64,000 nucleotides of DNA from Macrostomum lignano. Its lineage: Eukaryota. Of this stretch, positions 58,401 through 64,000 are shown in pieces. Where the stretch lies: NCBI GenBank assembly GCA_002269645.1, contig NIVC01002390.1, forward strand, positions 2,652 through 66,651, in the 5' to 3' direction. Numbering within the stretch: position 1 is the first letter of the stretch; each line of letters starts with the position of its first letter. A program made the translations under genes and the position numbers. The notes below the pieces were generated by a model that worked only from the letters and a program-made list of their open reading frames with translations, made no database searches and was not told the DNA's origin.

Positions 58401-60019
58401 TATAGGGATGGCAGGGGAGTCAGTAGGGATGGTAGGGGAGTCTATGGGGATGGCAGGGGAGTCTATGGGGATGGCAGGGGAGTCAGTAGGGATGGCAGAG
58501 GAGTCTATGGGGATGGCAGGGGAGTCAGTAGGGATGGCAGGGGAGTCTATGGGGATGGCAGGGGAGTCAGTAGGGATGGCAGGGGAGTCTATGGGGATGG
58601 CAGGGGAGCCTGTAGAGATGGTAGGGGAGTCTATGGGGATGGCAGGGGAGTCAGTAGGGATGGCAGGGGAGTCTATGGGGATGGCAGGGGAGTCAGTAGG
58701 GATGGCAGGGGAGTCTATGGGGATGGCAGGGGAGTCAGTAGGGATGGCAGGGGAGTCAGTAGGGATGGCAGGGGAGTCAGTAGGGATGGCAGGGGAGTCT
58801 ATGGGGATGGCAGGGGAGTCAGTAGGGATGGTAGGGGAGTCAGTAGGGATGGCAGGGGAGTCTATAGGGATGGCAGGGGAGTCAGTAGGGATGGTAGGGG
58901 AGTCTATGGGGATGGCAGGGGAGCCTGTAGGGATGGTAGGGGAGTCTATGGGGATGGCAGGGGAGTCAGTAGGGATGGCAGGGGAGTCTATGGGGATGGC
59001 AGGGGAGTCAGTAGGTATGGCAGGGGAGTCTATAGGGATGGCAGGGGAGTCAGTAGGTATGGCAGGGGAGTCTATAGGGATGGCAGGGGAGTCAGTAGGG
59101 ATGGCAGGGGAGTCAGTAGGGATGTCAGGGGAGTCGGTAGGGATGGCAGGGGAGTCAGTAGGGATGGCAGGGGAGCCAGTAGGGATGGCAGGGGAGCCAG
59201 TAGGGATGGCAGGGGAGCGAAATGCAGCTTGCCAAGATAAAAAACTCACGTCTCTGTAGTGCATAAACTCGGTGACCTTGCGCTGGCTGAGCCGGACAAA
59301 CTGTTTAAATATGGTGCGCACCAGGGACTCGCCAGGCAGGTAGGGCTCGCTAGGTGGACACGGGGTGCTGGCTCCGCCAGCGTCTTCCTCTTCTGTTGAG
59401 CTGCCCTTCTCTGTTCCCTCCTCGTCGTCGGCCTCCGCGCCGAGCAGCAGCTGATCTGGCGGATCGGCAGCCTCCGAGGCAGCAGCGGCAGTAGCAACGG
59501 CAGAGGTCTCCACAGAACCATTGTCATCGTCGCCCTCGGGATGTACACTACCGACGAAGATGAAGACGATGATAGCAAGGTGGCGTCGCCAGCCGCGTCA
59601 GCAGCATCGGATCCAACTTGGACAACGGCGCCGCTGTCGGAGCCAGTGGCCGATTCCGACGCAGTTGAAAGTGTGAATAAAGCCGAACTGCGCTTGCGAA
59701 GCCGCACAGGGGAGGGGGTTGAATAAGCAGAAGCAGAGGCGGGGGCGGCAGCCTCAGATAGGCTGGCGCTGCTGCTGCTGCTGCAACTCTGCGGCAGAAG
59801 CTGCTGCTGCTGCTGACGCTCCAACGAGGAGCGAGACGAGACGGGTGGAGTTGAACCAGTAGATCCGGTGGGGCTGGCCTTGAAGGCAGCTGCAGCAGTG
59901 GCAGCGGCTGACTCAGACGAGGGCTGCTCAGCCAAGCTGGAACCTGCACTGCCTGGCAGGCTGGAGGCAGACTTGGCTGGCGAGGCCTCCTTACTATTAG
60001 CTCCACTGCTGCTGCTCAT
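31459..60019 (-). CDS. FRY: protein furry homolog (FRY/FRYL, Tao3/Mor2 family), ~3076 aa, 19 coding exons
   Basis: Exons (minus): 60019-59250, 58185-57799, 57670-57540, 56690-56394, 55304-54509, 54148-53718, 53183-52166, 51559-50697, 49084-48730, 48088-47698, 46520-46270, 45278-44883, 43974-43300, 42698-42027, 40958-40449, 35374-35287, 34899-34502, 34057-33653, 31854-31459. All introns are GT-AG and phases are consistent. Furry motifs: PGE.[91 protein letters not shown], NWGV. One 1-nt frame discrepancy in exon 1 near 59551. Confidence 0.95.
31985..33515. repeat. minisatellite, 21-bp unit (aaatgacccgtcattcaacag), furry intron 18
   Basis: About 72 copies; explains the 350- and 364-aa ORFs. 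Confidence 0.95.
34150..34445. repeat. minisatellite, 22-bp unit (atcccagaatcccacatctcga), furry intron 17
   Basis: About 13 copies. Confidence 0.9.
34932..35270. repeat. minisatellite, 40-bp unit, furry intron 16
   Basis: About 8 copies of gggataattagctactaaatgagtcacctgtgaccaatca. Confidence 0.95.
35810..36425. repeat. minisatellite, 19-bp unit (gttgctaaggctttgggt(a/g)) with higher-order blocks, furry intron 15
   Basis: About 32 copies with recurring variant order. Confidence 0.95.
36891..37323. mobile_element. 433-bp MITE (CACAGATA ends; P- or hAT-like), copy 1
   Basis: ~32-bp TIR cacagatactagaataattagttgggccactc / gagtggcccatctagttattttagtatctgtg; 8-bp TSD AGGACATC/AGGACACC (7/8); second copy at 56871-57300. 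Confidence 0.85.
37650..38470. repeat. minisatellite, 30-31 bp unit (ccgtgaccctgtctgaatcac.atccccca)
   Basis: About 27 copies. Confidence 0.95.
38690..39105. repeat. minisatellite, 32-bp unit (ttgattgactgattgattgatcgtttcgattc)
   Basis: About 12 copies built on (TTGA)n. Confidence 0.95.
39925..40265. repeat. pyrimidine-rich minisatellite, 37-bp unit
   Basis: About 9 copies of ctctttgttcttttcactcttctctggctgcctgtca. Confidence 0.95.
41100..41950. repeat. minisatellite, 23-bp unit (attggataacaggggaatttgag), furry intron 14
   Basis: About 37 copies. Confidence 0.95.
42865..43241. mobile_element. 377-bp TIR element (CATGAT ends), furry intron 13
   Basis: ~65-bp imperfect TIR catgattttggaggtgaggtgggtgtcaa...cattggctgg.gcccccaggaa, inverted at the other end; no clean TSD. 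Confidence 0.75.
44080..44545. repeat. minisatellite, ~50-bp unit, furry intron 12
   Basis: About 9 copies of atcaaaacaaa(c/g)agctgctatagatcaatctaaacaa...gag. Confidence 0.9.
45365..45665 (-). mobile_element. ~300-bp tRNA-derived SINE
   Basis: Head GGGGTTCGTAGCCTAAGTGG (A box)...GGTTTGATTCC (B box); perfect 10-bp TSD GAATCTAATG (45355-45364, 45666-45675); body shared with 8923-9012. Confidence 0.75.
45760..46205. repeat. palindrome-rich 20-21 bp minisatellite (tctagatcttcgaattccgtg) with higher-order repeat, furry intron 11
   Basis: A block of 4-5 variant monomers recurs three times. Confidence 0.85.
46735..47535. repeat. minisatellite, 20-bp unit (aggggcatcacctgttagac), furry intron 10
   Basis: About 40 copies. 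Confidence 0.95.
48165..48560. repeat. degenerate tandem repeat (ttttc(c/t)tagaaa... motifs), furry intron 9
   Basis: Recurrent gcaattttcctagaaactgacaa / gttttcttagaaattcatact blocks. Confidence 0.6.
49095..50515. repeat. minisatellite, 24-bp unit (gaaggagattatggggcgattatt), furry intron 8
   Basis: About 59 copies; explains the EGDYGAII/LLEEIMGR ORFs. Confidence 0.95.
51713..51781 (-). pseudogene. tRNA-like relic (tRNA pseudogene or SINE head; CAC in the anticodon position)
   Basis: GGGGTTG TA GCCTAGTGGTTAGAGC G TCGGA CTCACGA CTGA AAGGT CAGGGTTCGATTCT CAACCCT. The acceptor stem pairs and A/B boxes are present, but the anticodon and T stems are defective. Confidence 0.65.
51815..52132. repeat. 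minisatellite, 27-28 bp unit (caccagcacctctgtacactcagctaa), furry intron 7
   Basis: About 11 copies. Confidence 0.9.
53230..53620. repeat. minisatellite, 22-23 bp unit (ggtgaagaggcgattctagaatt), furry intron 6
   Basis: About 17 copies. Confidence 0.9.
54255..54375. repeat. short degenerate repeat (aactactcgaatcc), furry intron 5
   Basis: 4-5 imperfect copies. Confidence 0.6.
55440..56305. repeat. purine-rich minisatellite, 28-30 bp unit (gtggagaggcagattcaaagaatgggga), furry intron 4
   Basis: About 30 copies. Confidence 0.95.
56871..57300. mobile_element. 430-bp MITE (CACAGATA ends), copy 2, inverted relative to copy 1, furry intron 3
   Basis: Same TIRs; the interior is the reverse complement of 36891-37323 (roughly 90% by eye); no TSD seen. 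Confidence 0.85.
58270..59218. repeat. minisatellite, 21-bp unit (ggggagtc(ag/ta)t(a/g)gggatggca), furry intron 1
   Basis: About 45 copies; explains the 336-, 352- and 496-aa ORFs. Confidence 0.95.
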
Positions 60020-60677
60020 ATTGCAATTCAATCTGGTGCATGTGCACTAGCTAGGCATAGGCATTAGCTATAAATGCCATAATTCAACTGCAAAAAGGTG
60101 GGATAAGAATAGTAAATTAGTTTTGTTATCTAATTCAGATTTGTTTAGCAAAGTAAAAGACCCATTTCCCAACTTCAGTCTATTAGTCATTTTCCCTAGC
60201 TAGCCATTGATTGACAAATTAGATAAGATTGTATCTAATGCTTTAAATTGTTTATATCTTATAGAAAAACATCAATGTAATTGTAATTTTATATGCTTAG
60301 AAACATGTGCCTCAGTGCCTCTGTCATAAGCAAGATAATAAATATTCTTTATGTCGTTTATGATACAATACAATACAAAACTTAAAGGCCTATCTATTAA
60401 TAACTCAGTCTTCAAAAAGCATTAATTTGATATATTTTACCTTTTAGTCAGTGAGGTTGTCTATGGTCAAAACCTATCCAGTTATTAGGCCTTCAAGTTT
60501 GTCATTTCCTGTCCCAAGTTCCAGTAGTCCCTGGATTTTATTAATAAGTAATATTAAAATAATAATTATTTAAATTAGAAGATATGCCATTTAGCTAGGA
60601 ATTAGAAGACATGGCAAAGGGTTTAACAATGTTTGTTAGTGGTAAGTGATAGGCCTAAGGCACATGACCAAGATAGC

Positions 60678-60680
<3 letters not shown>

Positions 60681-60738
<58 letters not shown>
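60681..60738. repeat. (CA)n microsatellite
   Basis: About 29 perfect units. Confidence 0.98.
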
Positions 60739-60743
<5 letters not shown>

Positions 60744-61445
60744 TGCTTGTGGGCAAATTGCACTGTGGGCAAATCTCTACGAGCAATTTGCTCACAAGCA
60801 AAATGCACTGCAGGCAAATCTTGTGGGCAAATCTCCATAGGCAAAACTCCTATGGGCAAACCTTGGCAAGCAATTTATTTGCAAGAAATTCTCATGGACC
60901 CAACTTAGATTGGTCCTGCTGCAACTTAGCTTGGTCCTGCTAGGACTTAGCTTGCCCTCAGTACTACAATTTACAATACTTAGAACTATGTTTTCTATTT
61001 TTCTTTATTGCTTATTTCTTTTTTTCCTTTTTATTTTCCCTTTAATCTTTTGTTATTTTGTTTTTTGGTGGTTGATCAATTTTGTGACTTACATTGGTTG
61101 GCTGCCAAATTGGTTAGCCAGATTAACCAACTTGGCCAATCGTTGCACATTATATGAGATAGATTTGATAGACATAATGATAAGGACCATATTGCGGAAG
61201 GTTTTCTGTGTATGCCAGACACATTTTTATTGAATTTTCAATTGTATGCCAACAAATTTTAAATGTACGCCAATGGTAAAAAATGACAAATATTTAAATT
61301 TAAATTTAAATTACAAAAAATTGATAATAACATGACCATTGTCATGACAATTCTGGTAATTAAAATGATTAGTAAATGAGAAAATAGTAGCAGAAAAATG
61401 GTTTTTTTAAATAATTTAACATAGAAAAATGTAGGAAAAATTCTT

Positions 61446-61839
61446 CGAAGAGCTTGCGTGCATGGCCACCGTTCATGTAAGCTCAGAATTGTGTGCACGG
61501 CAGAGCTATATCTTATAGGCTTATACAGTAAGTCATATACTATTCGAATTAATATTCAAGTTAACAAAAAAACAATGAATTAAGATTACATTTGCAGTCC
61601 ATGGTGTACGGGGGATAAAACATTATAAAACAATATAGTAAAAATATTTTTTAATTAGGTTTGCCAATGCCAATGCGTGGATTTAAGGGCCCCAGTCCTG
61701 GCCAATTGCCAGCTGCCGTGCACGCAATTATAACACTAGGTGGATGGCTGCATACATGCAAATAAAGCACTAGGTAGATAGCCGCTGTGCACGCAATTCT
61801 GAGCTTACGTGAACGGCTGCCATGCACGCAAGCTCTTCA
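61446..61839. mobile_element. ~394-bp MITE, Mutator-like (long TIR, 9-10 bp TSD)
   Basis: ~55-bp TIR gaagagcttgcgtgcatggc..ccgttca.gtaagctcagaattg.gtgcac; TSD (A)AAAATTCTT on both sides (61436/7-61445, 61839/40-61848). Confidence 0.85.
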
Positions 61840-64000
61840 AAAATTCTTTATATTAATTTGTATGCCAATCATATATGCCACACTATATATAGGGCCTAGC
61901 CAAGAAATGTATGCAGGAGTATGCTACAGAACTCAAGTATACACCAGAAAATTCTGGCATACACCCCTCTTTCCACAATATAGGATAAGGAATAAATTGG
62001 CACAAACACTAAGAGTCAGACTAAAATAAAAATATAGAAAAAATAGATTCAACATTGTGGCCATCTTGGTGTGTGGCTATCTTAATCTTATTTTGGTGGT
62101 AGTATGGACTGATAGCCAATATAAACAAACTAGGCCTAAGTCCAAGCCTTTTTGAAACAACTTTGTTTAAAAATGGAATTGAAGACAATATAGGTGAAGG
62201 TGAATAGGCCTAGGGCCTAGTCAAAGTATTTTTAAATCATTTTTGAAAAGGCAGTGCATTATTTAATTATAGATGACCAGATTTTGGACTTTGGTTAGGG
62301 ACTAGAAAATTTTAAATAGGCCCTATATAGGCCTAGTCATATAGATATGAAATTTGCCCTGAACTTATTTAAACTAAGCTGCCAGGTTACCTGTGTGTAA
62401 GCATCAAACTTATGCATGGCATGGTGTATGTATGTATGAAATTTTGAATAACCTCCCCTATTGTTATACGCCTAGCCTAGAAATAAAAATACCAACTAAA
62501 TGAAAATTTTTGACACAACTGCCATTCAATAGTGCAAAAATATGCTGTCAATAAATAAATCACTACACTTTCCGACACTGAAGGTTACAGTGCTTACAGT
62601 GTGTTTCTTTTGATTTAAAAAATGCCCGTGACACCCAACTCTTTATAAACTTTATACCATTTAGGCCAATAAATAAGCCTATTTTACCGCTTCAAGCTAA
62701 GCATTATGCCATTAAAAAGTAAAAAACAATGACTTAAAACAAAAATAAGGTTCGATTTATTGTAAAGCAAAAAAAAACATTATTGACATAATTTATACAG
62801 TTTTGTTGTACTGTGAAAGGCCTTAAAGGTCACTTTTTTGAATGGACACAAACTTCGTAGAAAATTGTAGATCTGACTCTTTGCAGCAGTCACAGTCCTA
62901 GTTATGGTATCCACGCTTTACGGTGCCTGTGCTTTTCGGTGCCCGGCATTTCGGTGCCCCAGCTTGCTTTTCGGTGCCCAAATTATACATTGGAATTAGA
63001 CACAAGAATATAGAAATTGAGCCCTTATAATTTTGCAGGGAAGTGCTTTGTCTTTGCAGTACCTACTTACTTTAAAAAACAAGGTATTATTCATTTTGTT
63101 AAGCTGACCTGGTGTTTTAATTCAAAAAAAGGTTTTCGAAATTACCTCGAAATGATTCATGATTCTTATTTGTTGAAATGGGGCAAAAAAAGCTTAAAGT
63201 AAGGCGGTTTGCTGATAGTTTGTTGGGAATGGACGAATTTAATGCTTGTTCCTACGATTCGTGCGACGGAGGCTTGAGTGTCTGTGGAGGTGTCTGATTG
63301 GGTGTCGGCGAATGTTTAATACGTCCTATTATTGAAAGCAATCCTTAATTATACTCGATATTTGTTATATTTGTTAATATCTAACTACCTTTTCTGAATC
63401 GCATTCTAGAAGAATCGTTTTGCTTTAAGGTCATATATATACATGTACGACACTGATTTTTTTTCCTGTTATCTTGTTATTCTGTCGTTAGCTAGTCGTG
63501 ACTCGTTAATGGGCTAGAAAACCGTTTTAAAAAATTCTAGACGCTCTTTCAAATACCTTACTTTTACAAATATCGTAATCTCGCAATCAAAGCTATACCT
63601 CGTAATTCGTACTCATTTTTGTATTAATATTTATACTTGTTGTTAGTTGTTAGTCGTCACTTTTCGTCCAAAAATACCGTAAAAATATTCTGGCGCTTTC
63701 AAATACTTTATCTTTTACAATAACTTCGTCAAGTCGTCTTTATAAACTTCTATTTCGAAAATTCTTCCAAATACATAGCACTATAATATATTGGCCAAAC
63801 AGGCTAATTGCCTGAGCCAAATTCTTACTACTTACTACTCGATTCGATTTACTTCATGTCGCTTGCCGCGTCTCATCCGCGTCAAAATTTTAAACTAATG
63901 CCCCAAATGCGCTTATAATAAAATCTTATAGATTATGGTCCAATCATTTCAGCTCATCAAATAATACAGACTTCATTTCCTAGGCAGTTTTATCAAAAAA

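Noticed and set aside
14283-59218. CRISPR-like appearance of 20-45 bp repeats
   Set aside because: Units are head-to-tail with no unique spacers, there are no cas genes, and the context is eukaryotic.
815-59259. Long periodic ORFs (e.g. 815..1321, 18680..19459, 22846..23169, 31955..33057, 48881..50569, 55428..56327, 58201..59259) as proteins
   Set aside because: They are translations of tandem arrays lying in introns or spacers, and splice phases of the host genes close without them.
40410-59726. Plus-strand GC-rich ORFs overlapping furry exons (40410..41015, 42030..42446, 54642..54995 etc.)
   Set aside because: Antisense shadows of GC-rich coding exons.
63440-63730. Degenerate ~190-bp tandem duplication near the window end
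   Set aside because: Low identity, and no coding, terminal-repeat or structural signal to support a specific call.

Overview
Eukaryotic (metazoan) genomic DNA with GC-rich exons, GT-AG introns and about 35 unrelated minisatellite arrays. This architecture suggests a Macrostomum-type flatworm, which is an inference. Four genes can be reconstructed by hand with phase-consistent exons: Artemis/DCLRE1C (+, 10812-17657, 6 exons, ~429 aa), a multi-C2H2 zinc-finger protein (+, 19894-22217), MFSD13A/TMEM180 (+, 23977-26467, 3 exons, ~483 aa) and a complete furry/FRY gene (-, 60019-31459, 19 exons, ~3076 aa, one apparent frameshift). Two orphan ORFs (3772-5100, 27488-28060) are less certain. Mobile DNA comprises a degenerate RNase H-bearing LOA/R1-type LINE that shares one 11-bp TSD with a tRNA-type SINE fragment (5437-9012), a ~300-bp SINE with a 10-bp TSD, and five MITE-like families with TIRs (six copies). 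The most unusual patterns are: (i) the SINE-LINE composite insertion; (ii) minisatellite units carrying sense-strand AG|GT proto-splice sites, including an array that may define a 3'UTR intron of Artemis; (iii) two ~3-kb AT-rich, CpG-depleted, AGGCCT-rich blocks, one being the first intron of Artemis and the other the putative first intron of furry. There is no CRISPR array, rRNA or prokaryotic system. Most long ORFs in the track are repeat artefacts. All calls were made by eye without database searches.
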